Assembly (NCBI GenBank): GCA_964016885.1
Contig: OZ024742.1
Span: 181,412,001 to 181,476,000, forward strand
Direction: 5' to 3'
Origin: Eledone cirrhosa
Lineage: Eukaryota
Length of the DNA stretch: 64,000 bases
A model generated the notes under the pieces. It was not told the DNA's origin. It was given only the letters and a program-made list of their open reading frames with translations, and searched no databases. Below, piece after piece: positions 25,060 through 39,722 of the stretch. Every line of letters starts with the position of its first letter. Position 1 is the stretch's first letter. The translations under genes and the position numbers were made by a program.

Positions 25060-27950
25060 GTCCCTTGGTACAGAAGACCATCTACTTATTGACAAGATAG
25101 TAATAAGGAATTTCAAGAGGAGGCATATTGGTCTTGCCATGGGATGGATAGATTACAAGAAGGCATTCAACATGGTTCCTCATTCTTGGATAACTAAAGG
25201 CCTAGAGATCTTCAAGATGGCAGACAACATCAGACAGCTATTAAGTAGAAGTATGAAGTCCTGGGAGACAGAGCTAACATCAGGTGGAGAATTCTTGAGA
25301 GGAGTGAAGATCAAGAGAGCTATCTTCAAGGGAGATAGTTTGACCCCTTTGTTGTTTGTCCTTACCCTCATACCCTAGTCCCTCACTTTGCGAAAAGTGA
25401 AAGCAGGATACAAGCTGGGAAGAGGAGAGCTTATCATCAACCACCTCCGCTTCATGGACGATCTAAAACTCTTTGGGAAAAGCGAGAAGTTGGATATACT
25501 TGTTAACACTGTCCATATTTTCAGCAATGATATAAATATTGAATTTGGTGTTAAGTGTGGAGTCCTAGTGATGAAGAGGAATTGAATAGAAGCAACAGAA
25601 TCCAGGTACCAACAGGTGAGATGATAAAGGAAATTGACACTGAAGAGGGATACAGATATTTAGATATTCTGGGGGCAGATGACATCAAGAACAATAAAAT
25701 GAAGGAATTGATAAGTTCTGAATACATAAGGAGAGTAAGGAATATACTAAAATCATATCTAAATAGTAGGAATGTCATAAGTGCAGTAAATCCCCAAGCT
25801 CCGTCATGGATAGAACGATTAGGAAGCTAATGACTACCTACAGCATTCTCCACAAGAGGAGTAATGTTGATAGACTCTACTTAAAGAGATCTGAAGGTGG
25901 AAGAGGTCTTATCAATGGAGAAGAGCAATCTGCACAAATATGAGTCTGAAAGTAGGGAGCCAATGCTCAAAGTTACACTGAAGGAGAAGACAATGGACAG
26001 GAAATGTCCAAGGAGGAAGTAACAACAAGAGAAAGAGCAACATCATCATCACCATTTTACGTCCGCTTTTCCTTGCTTGCAAGGGTGGGACGGGTCCTAT
26101 TAAGCACAGCATCTCTCCACTTGTCATGGTCCTTCGTCATCTTTTACGTGAGCTTCAGCGATATGAGGTCTGCTCTCACCACCTCCGCCCATATTTTTGT
26201 GGTCTACCTCTACTGCGTCTTCCTTCTACTGGGATTTCTTGGCACTTCTTTACCCAGCAGTCATCCTCCATGCACATCACATGTCCATACCATCGCAGTC
26301 TTCTCTCCCGCACACCACAACTTATCCCTCTTATATACAGTTTCTCTCTCAACTCATCTATGCTTGGTTGTTCACACACATTGACATTACACATCCAACA
26401 CAGCGTGCTTGCTTTATTTCTCTCCAGCCATCGCATATCCTCTGCAGTTGCTGCCTATGTCTCACTACCATACAGTATCGCACATCTCACACAGGCATCA
26501 TATAACTAGCCTTTTGTATGCAGGGAGAAACCCTTCTTTGTCAACAGAGGATGCAGCTCCCTAAACTTCTTCCAATCCATCGTTATTCTAGATATTATGG
26601 CCTCGGAACATACCCCTCCCATGCTAATCTGATCACCTAGGTACCGGAAACTATCAACCACTTCTATAGAACCCACCTGCATTTGAAAAATGTGTATCAT
26701 TGCGACTCCTACTGTCAAATTTCCCTGTACATCTACTGCATACATAGTTTTCTCTACCTGTTAGTTTGCCTGCTATCCCACTACATCTCTTGTGTACCCA
26801 AGATCTGCATTGTGTTCATTTTATAGAATTTATGCCAGCTCCTTTTCTACATATCGAACATGGCCATTTCCCCGATGGAATCAGAGTTTTGTCCTCTTTT
26901 CTACTTATCAACACTTTTGTCTTAACTAGGTTCACTCTCAGTCCTCTTGATTCCAACTGCTGTTTCCATAGCCAGAATTTATTCTCTAGCTCCTCTACTG
27001 ATTCTGATATAAGAACCAGATCATCAACACAGAGATGTTCCCATGGGCAGCCAGTCTTAAACTCCTCTGTTATGGCTTGGAGGACTGTAAGCTATAACCT
27101 TCATGAAAAATCCCTTCATAGCACCTTCTTTAAGAAATGGAATTCAGAGATCCACAGACATAGAGCTGGTTAAAAAGAGGCAACCTTAAAAAAGCTACAG
27201 AAGGAATGCTAATGGCTGTACAAGAGCAAGCCTTCAGAACAAAGTAGGTGAAACAGCATATTGACATGGAGGAGGCTAGCTCACTCTGTAGGATCTGTGG
27301 AGAGAGAGAGGAGACTGTGGCTCACATCATATCCGAGTGTAAACACCTAGCCCAAACTCACTATAAAGGCTGGAGGTATGATATAATAGGAAAGGTGATT
27401 CACTGGCATTTAAGCAAACTAAATAATTTACCACATTCTGAGAAGTGGTATGAGCATAAGCCAGAGTCGGTGATAGAAAACGATCAAATGAAGGTGCTAT
27501 GGGATTTCAGGATACAAACAGACAAGAAATTTGAACACAATAGGCCTGACCTAGTGGTTTTTGACAAGGAAAAAAGATCGTGCCTGGTTATAGATGTAGC
27601 CTGCCCCTTTGACACAACAGTGCAAAAAAAGGAGAATGAGAAAATTAACTGATACCAGGGTTTAAAGTGGGAATTTAAAAGGATTTAGGACTGTCATGAG
27701 ATCAAGGTCGTCCCAGTTGTCATAGGAGCACTAGGTACTATCTTGAAGAGTTTTCAAGGATGCTTAAAGAACATTAGTCCAGTCCCCTTTTTTTGGAACA
27801 CTTCAAAAGGTATGCTTGCTAGGAACAACAAGAACCCTCCGATACGTCCTGAACATCTGAGACTGCAAGTCGCAGCTGGCGTTCATTTGAACAAACTTTC
27901 CATTTAAGTAACATCAATGACTGAGACTCCAATAATAACAATAATAATAA
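25060..27950 (+). mobile_element. R4/Dong-clade LINE (RT, CCHC, restriction-like endonuclease), 5'-truncated, inserted in (TAA)n
   Basis: WIDYKKAFNMVPHSWI, IFKGDSLTPLLF, NHLRFMDDLKLFGKS, CRICGEREETVAHIISEC and HNRPDLVVFDKEKRSCLVIDVACP. (TAA)n lies on both sides (25021-25059, 27931-27950). Interrupted by an RTE. Confidence 0.9.
26041..27085 (-). mobile_element. RTE LINE 3' part nested in the Dong-like element
   Basis: Homologous to 34666-35720 (GCPWE, PHD finger, FRYLGDQ, RLRWYGHV) with a (CAT)n tail at 26041. Confidence 0.92.
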
Positions 27951-28359
27951 TTGTTTCTACTTTTGGCACAAGGCCAGCAATTACCCAGTGCATTACTGGT
28001 ACTTTATTTTATCGCCCCATAAGGATGAAAGGCAAAGTCAACCTTGGCGGGATTAATGATGATGATTTCTACTATAGGGACAAGGCCAGCAATTTTGAGG
28101 GAGGGGAAAGTCGATTATATTGATCCCAGTGAATTAACAGCCCTATTGATTTCAAAGGAAGCGGAGACATCAATCTACTTATAGACAGATGTTGCTGACC
28201 TTGAACAAGTGAAAAAAAGCAATAAAAATCAAACAGCCAGAAACATTAAACAAATCCCTTTGAACATCGTTACCCACACAACTGCCATCACCCCACCAAA
28301 TACTGGTGGTAGTGCAACCTTAATTTCACTAATCCTCTTTATGAGTGTTTAAATGTCAA

Positions 28360-29220
28360 ACTTAAATAGTTCAAATAATGGTGTAAAGGAAGCTGGAACT
28401 TCATGTGAAGGGCCCTCATTTGGCAAGAGTTCTCTGGGACAGCAATATGGACCTGACTATCATCCAACTATTGCTGTTGTCAAAGGAAGAAGAAGGAATG
28501 AGGTAAGAACCAACTGGAAGGAATGAGGTAAGAACCAACTGGAGGAAGGAAGTGAATAGAATAGTAATGAAATGTTATCTGAAAAGTGATCTCACTAAGA
28601 AAGGCTACAGGTAACAAATGCATAATATCTGGAATGATATTGATCTATTTGAATTAAGTCAAAAAAGACTAGCAGGTCAGGCTCATGTAATAAAAACTAA
28701 TGGATGGATAAGTGAGTTTGAATTAGAGCAACTGAATAGAGAGATTGAGTTGGAAATGGAAAGTGAAGTAGATCAGCCAAATGAGCCAGTAGAAAATGGG
28801 GGTGAAGTGATTGTGAGACTTAAGGAAGTAACCTATGAAGAAAAGAATCTAAACGCTGAGATAAATAACATCAAGAGTAAAGATATGGCCATTAAGGAAA
28901 TGAATGCTCACAGGCTAGGGGAAGATTTTGTTGATATTCTGAATTTAAGGGTAAATAAAATGAATCCAAGATTTGTAGATAGAAAAAAATTAAAAGAAAT
29001 GACATCTATGGTAAACAGAGTTGTCCTATATGTTGAGGCGCAGAATCTTCAACAGTGTAACAACATCCTCAAAGCAGCCTCAAATGTGGGGGGAAAAAAG
29101 CTTGGTCTCAAAATGAGGGAAATCAGATGAGAAAGGACAGAACCTTGGTAAAAGTGGTTAAATGGTCAAATCCAGGAAATAAGAAAGAACATTGAGAAAT
29201 GTGAGTCTTTATTAAACCAG
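28360..29220 (+). pseudogene. N-terminal part of an R4/Dong-like LINE ORF
   Basis: WRKEVNRIVMKCYLKS..KGYR*QMHNIW..SQKRLAGQAHVIKTNGWISEFELEQL..EPW*K..QIQEIRKNI resembles R4/Dong N-termini. Confidence 0.65.
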
Positions 29221-29234
29221 ACATTGCAAAATGT

Positions 29235-29705
29235 AGATGCTAAGGATAGATTGACATCAAAAGGTTTCTCACCATGTACAAAAGAACAGCTGTATGACAC
29301 CTGCATATGAAGTGCGAGGCTGTATGGTAGTGAAACATGGACAGTGACTGCAGAGGACATGCATAGGCTGGAGAGAAATGAAGCTACCATTCTTCATTGG
29401 ATGTGCAATATAAATGGGAATCCAAAGTGATGTGCAAAAGAGAAAACTGTATTGGTATGGACATGTGATGCACGTGAATGATGATCACTGGGTGAAGAAG
29501 TGCTAAGAAATCACTGTGGTAGGAAGCTGCAATAAAGGTAGACAAAGGAAGATCTGGGCAGATGTGGTGAGAGCTGATCTCAAATCACTGACAATCACAG
29601 AGGAGATGACAAAAGAACACAATGAGTTGAAAGATGCTGTGCTGAAAAGGGACTGTCCAACCTATGTGAGGGTGGATAAATGGATGTAAAAACGATGAAT
29701 GATTA
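29235..29705 (+). mobile_element. Decayed RTE 3' fragment
   Basis: KGFSP..LYDTCI..LYGSETWTVTAEDMHRLERNEA, then an RTE terminus GGATGTAAAAACGATG. Confidence 0.8.
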
Positions 29706-30467
29706 AATACTTTCAATGTTATTTATATCCTGATTGACGTCATTGGTCCACTAGTAACTATAAAACAATCAGTGATATTGATAGATACCTTTGATTATAG
29801 CAATCTAAATACTCAGCTCCTTGACAACAATATTAAGATCGATATTGATCTCAATGGATATCTAAGTGCAGGAACATCTTCACCTGATAAGTATCAATCA
29901 TTCTAGTATCTATAAAATATATATTGATAATAAACTTATACTTATTCCACAGATCCTATCTCAACCTCAGCAAATAATCAGTCATATTACATAGTATTTT
30001 GTTTACAGAAATATCAATTGTTATTAATCACCAGTTTTCTTATACCTGCTCTTAGCTTCATGATGGATGTGTTGTTGTTTCCAATGATGAGTACTTCAGT
30101 TGAGCAAATAACAGAACATACATAAATATAATTAATGTGCAAGTAAATGAGTATTCCAAAAATGTATGCATCCTCAACATAGTTCTCAGTGAGATTCAGC
30201 ATGACATTATTATCGCAAGGCTAGCTCTTTGTATTACAAGTACAACTCACTTTTGCCAACTGAGTGGAATTGAGCAATGTGGAATAAACTGTTTTGCTCA
30301 AGGACACAATGCTATATGAGATTAGAACTCCCAACTTTACAATTATGAGCCTAACACACTAACCACTAAGACATACACCTTCGTACTTGAATAAATTTCT
30401 AAATATATTCCCCCTCTCCAAACCCTCACTCCTCATGCACCTCACTTGCTCAACCCATGCATACATA

Positions 30468-30940
30468 TACAAGCATGAAAGCTAGACATGCTCTTCATCT
30501 GATATCCCACAATGCTATTGCCACGACAAAAAGTGCTAATTCCACTCTGTATGCTAATCTGGTACCATAACAACAAAAACACCCAGTCCATCCTGTATGA
30601 TGATTGTGTTGGTGACATGAGAAAAACACCCAGCCCACACTGTAAGGTGTTCCTGCTGGTGACACAATAAAAATTGCCTAGTACACCCTGTAAGGTGGTT
30701 GTGCTGGTGTCATGACAACAAACATGCAGTCCACCCTGGTAGATGGTGATTTTGGTGCCATGATAAAAAGCACCCACTGCTGTAATGTGGTTGGCATTGG
30801 GAAAAGCATCCAGCTCTAGAAACCAAGACAAAATGCAGATATGAACAAGATGGGATCTCTGAACCCATCTTTTCTCATAATGTGACAACCCATCTAACCC
30901 ATGCAAATGTAAACAATTAGACATTAAATGATGATGATTT
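30468..30940 (+). repeat. SINE/RTE 3' module with about 7 degenerate ~43-bp tandem units
   Basis: Repeated GGTG(C/T)CA(C/T)GACAAAAA..CACCCAGTCCACACTGTAA(A/G)GTGGT units. 30468-30730 recurs inverted at about 37885-38142. Confidence 0.75.
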
Positions 30941-31884
30941 TATTAGAATTAGTCTTCTATATCATTTATTCATATAGTATTTTAATAGTTTCACCCATTA
31001 GACAGCGACCATACTGGGGTATTGCCATAAAGGAACTTAGTCAATCATGTCAACCTCAATACTTATTACTGTCTAGCAAGGTTGTACCTTATAGAAGGTT
31101 TCTTGGGTGCATTAGTGATAGGTGCTCCAGTCATATCATGTTGTTACAGGTCACACCTATGTAGGTTTAGTTGGTCTCCTACAAGGAGGTTCCTCGGGTG
31201 TTTTAATGATAGGGTTCAATATTATGTTGTTATTACCTATGTAAGTTAAGCTAGCTTACTATGAGGTTTCATCACATAAGAGTTTTATTGAATGTCTTAA
31301 AGATAGGGACCCAGTACTATCATATTATTACAACTCACATCTTCTGTAGGTTTAGCTGGCCTCATTCAAGGTTTTATCACATAGGAGGTTTCTTGGATGC
31401 TTTATTACTAGGGACCTCAGTCCTATCATGAAAAGATGTAAAATGAAGCATCTGGCTCAAAAACATATTGTACAGCCCTGTTCAGAAGTCGAACCCACAG
31501 CTTTATGACTGTGAGTCTAACACTCAAACCACTAAGCCACATACCTTTATAAATTTTGAATTTACATATGATAAATGAATCTAGTTAATGCAGTTTAAAA
31601 TGATGTTTTATGATGCAGGCTCATCAAAGCCATGCAACCATGAATAATTTATGTTTAACTTATAAGGCTTTAGCTTCCATTATTTATCATTACTCAGCTG
31701 CAATCTATGGGATAATAGTCATCTATTACTGGTGGATTAAATGGTAGAGAATGACATGTTGTAATATCTTCCCTCAGGTCAGATGCTTAACTGCTAGTCC
31801 TTTCTAATGAATATTTAACTATACAGCAGTCAATTTGCCAGTATATATCATTTCTATAAGCATAGACGCACCAACCCACATGCA

Positions 31885-31901
31885 CAATATATATGTGTAT
31901 G

Positions 31902-31942
<41 letters not shown>

Positions 31943-32600
31943 ATATACATATACATAGATGTATACATATATGTATACACATATATATATACATGTACAT
32001 ATATATACATGTTTATATACATATACATAGATGTATAGATATATGTATACACATATATATACATATACATATATGTATACATATACATATATGTATACAT
32101 ATACATATATGTATACATATACATATATACATATACATATATGTATACATATACATATATGTATATGTATATGTATACATATATGTATATGTATATGTAT
32201 ACATATATATATATATATACATATACATATATGTATACATATACATATATATATATACATATATGTATACATATACATATACATATATACATATACATAT
32301 ATGTATACATATACATATCGTATACATATATGTATACGTATACATATATATACATATACATATATGTATACATATACATATATATATACATATACATATA
32401 TGTATACATATACATATATATATACATATATATATATATATATGTATATATGTATAGATATTTATATATACATACATATATATATACATATATATATGTA
32501 TACATATAATACATACATATACATATATGTATACAGATATGTATACATATACATATATGTATACATATGTTTATGTAAATACATATATGTATACATATAT
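31885..32600. repeat. Compound (TA/CA/TG) microsatellite
   Basis: CATATA and CATATATGTATA units. Confidence 0.95.
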
Positions 32601-33375
32601 TTCGTTTCTGAATTTGTTTAGCAAGATTTTTTTATCTGAACACGTGTGTTGAAACCGATATTGTTATACTTTGGGAGGGTCATGTTGCCAATAAGAAACA
32701 CACGCACCAATTGCTTTCACTCCAATTTATTATAAATTAAATTTATAAATTTCCGTTTGGTTGATTGGTTCCACAACCAGACGATTGTTCATATATTGTC
32801 AAAGTTCTTTCGTCACACATTCTGTGACCTCTTCAGTGACTGGGGATTCTTTTCTTTGTTTTTGTGCATCTCCTTTGTTCTGTCCTACGCCATCTTGTTT
32901 TTGTGTGTGCTAAGTTTGCGCATGTGTTACATCCGGGTGTCTGTGTGTGTTTATATTTGTTTATTTATTTGTTTATTTACATGTTACTGGTTGGTTGTTT
33001 GTTCCGTGTGTATGTGTGTTTTCATTTTGTCCTTAGTTTTTAGTTGTGATGTTGCTATTCCACTCATGTTTTCTATTTAATTTTGGTTGGAGTTCATTTA
33101 TGTTTATTGCCTCTGTGATTTGTCTAAGCATTGCGTCTTTTCTGTGTGTATATTCTATTTTTATTTCTATGTTTTCTAATTTACCCTTATGTTCTATTTT
33201 AGCATGTTGGTGAAGTACAGATGATTCTTTACTATCTTGAAGCTCTCGCCATTGTTCATTTATACGTTCCCCTATACTACGAGCTGTCTCACCTATGTAC
33301 ACTATATTATTATCTCTACATTGTCCTTCAGTACATCTTATGCTATATACTACATTTCTAGTTTTACAGTTAATA
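32600..33375 (-). mobile_element. PLE 3' fragment: GIY-YIG endonuclease plus 3' UTR
   Basis: Minus strand reads NCKTRNVVYSIRCTEGQCRDNNIVYIGETARSIGERINEQ..LHQHAKIEH..RQITEAININELQPKLNRKHEW (stop at 33033). An HHR lies about 190 nt downstream. Flanked by microsatellites. Confidence 0.88.
32798..32840 (-). ncRNA. Minimal type I hammerhead ribozyme motif
   Basis: GTCA-CTGAAGA-G-GTCACA-GAATG-TGTGAC-GAAA-GAAC-TT-TGAC, with perfect stems I and II, in the same orientation as the GIY-YIG ORF. Confidence 0.85.
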
Positions 33376-34665
33376 TGTATACATATATGGATACATATAT
33401 GTTTTACAGTTACATATATGTATACATATACATATATGTATACATATACATATAAGTATACGTATACGTATACATATACATATATGTATATATATAAATA
33501 TATGTATACATATATGTATACATATACATATGTATATATATATGTATATGTATATGAAATATATATGTATATGTATACGTATAAATAGATGTATATGTAT
33601 ATTTATACGTATAAATAGATGTATATGTATACATATATGTATATACATAAACATATATGTATACATATACATATATATATATGTACATATATATACATAT
33701 ATATATATATACATACATATATGTATACATATATGTATATACATATACATATATGTATACATATATATATATACATATATGTATACATATATGTACACAT
33801 ATATGTATATGTATACATATATGTAAATGTATACATATATGTATACATATATGTATATACATATACATATATGTATACATATACATATATATATATATAC
33901 ATATAAATGAGAGGTATAGAGATTGTTTTAGCGAGAAGCTAATAGTATTCTATAACATATATGCGACTATAACGTCAAGATGGGAAAAGTAGTTAACGTA
34001 AGATTTATGAAAAATAATTCAAACTCATCTCAAAAGAGAATCAGGATATAAATTCATCCACAGAATTTAGTTAAATCCAGGGAAAAATCAATAGACCTTT
34101 AACTCATGATAAAATAAAGTTTAAAACACTTATCCTTCAATTTGGAATAACATCAAATGCTCTGATATGTATACATATATGTATACATATATGTACACAT
34201 ATATGTATACATATATGTATACATATATGTACACATATGTATATGTAAATGTATACGTATATGTATATGTATGTAAATGTATACATATATGTATATATAT
34301 ACATATATGTATACATATATGTGTAAATATACATATATGTATATATATATATACATATATGTATATATATACATATATGTATACATATATGTATATATAT
34401 ATACATATATGTATACATTTACATATATATACATATACGTATACATTTACATATATATACATATACGTATATGTATACATATATGTATACATTACATATA
34501 TATACATATATATATATATATGTATATAAATATATACATATACATATATGTATACATACATGTATAGATATACATATATGTATACATAGACATATATGTA
34601 TACATATACATATATGTAAACATATACATATATGTATACATATATAAATATATGTATATATATGT
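33376..34665. repeat. Compound microsatellite with a non-repetitive island (33905-34165)
   Basis: CATATATGTATA-type arrays. The island is related to 22755-22845 in inverted orientation. Confidence 0.9.
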
Positions 34666-37560
34666 ATCATCATCATCATCATCATTTTACGTTCGCTCTT
34701 CCCAGCTCGCAAGGGTGGGACGGGTCTTATTCAGCACAGCATCACTCCACTCGTCACGGTCCCTCGTCATCTCCACCATGAGCTTCAATGATCTGAGGTT
34801 TGTTCTCACCACCTCCGCCCATGTTTTTCGTGGTCTACCTCTACCACTTCTTCCTTCAACTTGCATTTCTTGGCACTTCTTCACCCATCGGTCATCCACC
34901 ATGCGCATCACATGTCCATACCACCTCAGTCTCCTCTCCCGTACACTACATTCTATCCATCTCAGACACAGTTTCTCTCTCAACACATTCATGCTGGGTC
35001 GTTCACGCACATTTACACTGCACATCCAACGGAGCATGCTTGCCTCATTTCTCTCCAGCCGTCGCATATCCTCTGCAGTTGCTGCCCATGTCTCACCACC
35101 ATGCAGCATCGCGCTCCTCACACAGGCATCATATAACCGGCCTTTCGTACGCAGGGAGAAACCCTTCTTCGTCATCAGAGGAAGCAGCTCCCTAAACTTC
35201 TTCCAACCCGTCCTTATTCTAGATACTATGGCCTCGAAACACCCCTCTCCCATGCTAATCTGATCTCCTAGGTACCGGAAGCTAACAACCACTTCTATAG
35301 CACCCGCCTGCATTTGAAAAATGTGTCTATCAATGCGACTTCTACTGTCTAATTTCCCTGTACATCTACTGCATACATATTTCACCCTACCTGTTAGTTT
35401 ACCTGCTATCCCTGCTACATCTATTGTGTACCCAGGATCTGCATTGTGTGCATTTTATAGAATTTATACCAGTTCCTTTTCTGCATATCGAACATGGCCA
35501 TTTCCCTGACGGAATCAGAGTTTTGTCCTCTTTTCTACTCATCAACACCTTTGTCTTAGCTAGGTTCTCTCTCAGTCTTCTTGCTTCCAACTGCTGTTTA
35601 CATAGCCAGAATTTATTCTCTAGCTCCTCTACTGATTCTGATATAAGAACCAGATCGTCAGTATAGAGAAGTTCCCATGGACAGCCAGTCTTAAACTCCT
35701 CTGTTATGGCTTGGAGGACTATAATGAACAAGAGCTGGCTGAGGACGAACCTTGATGTACTCCTACTTGTATCTGGAATTCCTCACTAAACTCCATTCCT
35801 ACCCTCACTTTACTGACAGTACCTCTGTAAAAAGATTGCACTGTCCTACAAGCCATTCCTCAACACCTAGTTTCCTTAGGGACCACCAGATGACAGATCG
35901 GGTTACTCTATCAAAGGCCTTCTCTAGGTCAACAAAGGCTAAGTATATTGGCTTATTTTTTTCTAAGAACCTCTTGAAATTGTCTCACCAAGAAGAGGGC
36001 ATCTGTTGTACTCTTCCATACACAAAACCAAACTGCATCTCATCTAGTTTGACCCTTTCTCTAATTAGTTGTGCTAATATCCTTTCTGCCACTTTCATAA
36101 CCTGACCAATCAGTTTTATACCCCTATAATTGCTCCTCTCTAGAGCATCCCCTTTACCTTTGTAGCAATTTATGTGAATACTGCTGCACCAGTCTTTGGG
36201 TATGACACCACCATATATAGCCTGATTGATGATGCGTGCAACCAGTTTAGTTCCTACGTCCCCTGATGCCTTCAGCATCTCAGCAACTATTCCCGATGGT
36301 CCAGCAGCCTATATTCGTCAATCTCAATAGCTGGTCCCTCTGTCGGATCTACTAAGGGTAATTTCTCTCTCTCCCATTCGTTCTCCATATTCATCAGTCT
36401 CTCATAATAACATTTCCAGGCCTCCTTTTTCTGATCATTCGTGACACTAAGTACACCGGCATCATCCCGGACGCATTTATCTCCAACATCCTGATTTGCA
36501 TTGACACACTGCCTTGCAATGTGGAACACCGCACGCCTCTGATCTTCCCGTCGCAGAACATTGGCAAATCTACTCTCAGCCTCCCTGCGTGCTAAGTACA
36601 CCTGACGTCTAGCTTCTCTCTTAGCGGCTGTATATTCTTCCCTACTCCCACCTTTTTTTCAAGCCTTCCATGTTTGTCTTTTGTCTCTAATGGCCTTATC
36701 TAATGTGCTGTTCCACCACCAGGTCACTCTCTGTCTAGTTGGAGCTCTCCTCCAGCTACAAGTTTCATCAGTAACCTGCAGCAAGTTGTCACTTAAGAAA
36801 TTCCAGTTATTATCTATGTCATACGTCTCTAAATCGTCTTCCTTTTCGTCATATAGATCTTGAAGGGCTTTCCTAAATTTGTATTTTAGTGAAAGGTCTT
36901 TTAGTTTCCATACCTTTCTTCTCCACACCTTCCTGTATGTCTCATTCCATCTCTTGATTACTGAGATATCACTAACGACTGACCTATGCTGTGGGGGTAC
37001 ATTCTTCCCTAGGGTATGCCTTGGTATTAGACACTATCTGCCTGTCCCACTGCCTAACTAGTAAGAAGTCAATCTGGCTTATGTGCTCGCCAGATTTGTA
37101 GGTTATTAGTTGATTGGCAGGTTTCTGGAAGTTTGTGTTGCAAATAGTCAGTGTACTTGCATCACAAAATTCAAGATGCCTCACTCCTTCTTCATTTCTT
37201 GAGCCGTAACCGTCCCACCATGTACCCCAGTGTAACCATCCTGGAGCTGCCCAACATGACCATTGAAGTCCCCTACTAGCATAACGATGTCTGTGTCCTC
37301 TGTCATTGCGGTTGTTTGTAAAAGTTGCTCGTAAAAGCAGTCTTTCTCATCTTTGTCTAGTCCTGCTTGGGGAGCATAGACAGAGATGATTGTCAGTAGT
37401 CTCCTGCCTACACTAATCTAAGCTTAATTATTCGATTACTAACTCGAACTACCTCTATTGTCTTATTGATCCATCTCTCAGCCACGAAAATGCCTACTCC
37501 GCCTAACCCATCATCCTTACCTATCCAGAAAATCTTATAGCTAAGGTGTTTGCGTACGAC
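34666..37560 (-). mobile_element. Near full-length RTE LINE (APE, RT, PHD), disrupted
   Basis: ORF fragments YKIFWIG..GGVGI, ICNTNFQK, WWWNS, YKGKGDALERSNYRGIKL, GCPWELLYTDDL, WPCSICRKG..CTQCRSWVHNRC and RLRWYGHV. The ORF runs directly into the (ATG)n tail. Confidence 0.95.
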
Positions 37561-37563
37561 TAG

Positions 37564-37687
<124 letters not shown>

Positions 37688-37704
37688 GTATATATATATA
37701 TATG

Positions 37705-37743
<39 letters not shown>

Positions 37744-38349
37744 GCATGTATATGTGTACATATATGAATGTATATGTGTACATATATGTATGTATATGTG
37801 TAACAGTGGCGAAGGGTAACCTGGAAAACAGGGCATGCTGTCTACGATTTTTTAAGCAGCCAAAATTCTGCTTGCTTCAACCGACGCATGTTTTTTGTCA
37901 TGACACCAGCATAACCACCGTACAGGGTGGACTAGGCAATTTTTAATGTGTCACCAGCAGGAACACCATACAGTGTGGGCTGGGTGTTTTTTCTCATGTC
38001 ACCAACACAATCATCATACAGGATGGACTGGGTGTTTTTTGCTGTGGTACCAGATTAGCATACACAGTGGAATTAGCACTTTTGTCGTGGCAATAGCATT
38101 GTGGGATATCAGATGAAGAGCATGTCCAGCTTTCATGCTTGTATATGTATGTATATGTATACATACATACATATATATACATATATGTATGTACATGTAT
38201 ACATATACATACATATATGTATATGTACGTATATGTATATGTATGTATATGTATACATATGTATACATACATATATATATATACATACCTACATATACAT
38301 AAATGTATGTATGTATACATATATGTGTGTATGTCTCTCCTTCTCTTAA

Positions 38350-38830
38350 TTTCGAGTAAATTTCTGAACGGCCACGTTCCTGTTGGCAAGGTTGTAAAAC
38401 AAAAGAAATTGTCATCCCTTGAATCGCAAGAATGTTTTGCAAACTTTGAAGGTGCCAGCTATTGCAGCCATTTGTAGACTATGAATTAGGGAGCTGCATT
38501 CTATGCCCGCAAATCCAAGTTCAGTTATACATTGGTCCAAGCGGGTTGGTATATAACCCGTAGCTCCAATAATGAAGCTAAAGTTGTATCTTGGATATTG
38601 GATTTGTAAACTTCTCATCAATGGTCCATAGATGTCCTCCTTCTCCTGTATTTTTCTGACAACGTTTCCACAAGTGGGCAGCTGATCTCCACAACAGAAC
38701 ACGTTTTCAATGTGTGGTCCCAAACAACAATATCAGGCCGGTTCTGCTTTAATTTGGTGGCAGTTTTTATTTTCAGGTTCCACCCTTATTCTTTAGTGCC
38801 GTCTGTCTTAATATATTCTTCCTCGTTTAT
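38350..38830 (-). pseudogene. Restriction-like endonuclease LINE 3' fragment (R4/Dong-like)
   Basis: WNLKIKTATKLKQNRPDIVVWDH..CSVVEISCP..EKEDIYGPL..IIGATGYIP. Confidence 0.75.
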
Positions 38831-39722
38831 TTGTATGTATACATATATGTATGTGTATGTATATGTATACATATATGTATACATATGTATACATATATGT
38901 ACACGTACGTATACATATACATATATGTACACATATGTATACATATACATATATGTACATATACATATACATATATGTACATATATACTTATACATATAC
39001 ATACATATACACATATACATGTATACATATACATATATACATATACATATACACATATACACATGTATACATATACACATGTATACATATACACATGTAA
39101 ACATATACATATATACATATATACATATACACATGTATACATATACACATACACATATACATATACACATGTATACATATACACATACGCATACATATGT
39201 ATACATATGCATATATACATACATATACATACATATACATATACATATACATATATGTATACATATACATATATATATATACATACATACACATATATAT
39301 ATACATATATATATATACATACCTATACATTTATATACATACATATACATATATATGCATATATGTATACATATATATACATATACATATAGATGTATAT
39401 ACATACATGTATACATATATATACATATACATACATATACATATACATACATATACATATACATATATGTATACATATACATAGATATACATATATGTAT
39501 ACATATACATATATACATACATATACATATATGTATACATATGTATACATATACATACATATACATATATGTATACACATGTATACATATACATACATAT
39601 ACATATATGTATACATATGCATACATATACATCATGTATACAAATACATACATATATATATATACATATATGTATACATATACATATATATATACGTATA
39701 TACATAAATGTATACATATATA
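38831..39722. repeat. Compound (CATATA)n microsatellite
   Basis: Direct inspection. Confidence 0.95.

Noticed and set aside
30468-30800. CRISPR-like appearance of regularly spaced ~43-bp motifs
   Set aside because: The units are degenerate tandem copies with no unique spacers, lie inside a SINE/RTE module in animal DNA, and no cas genes are present.
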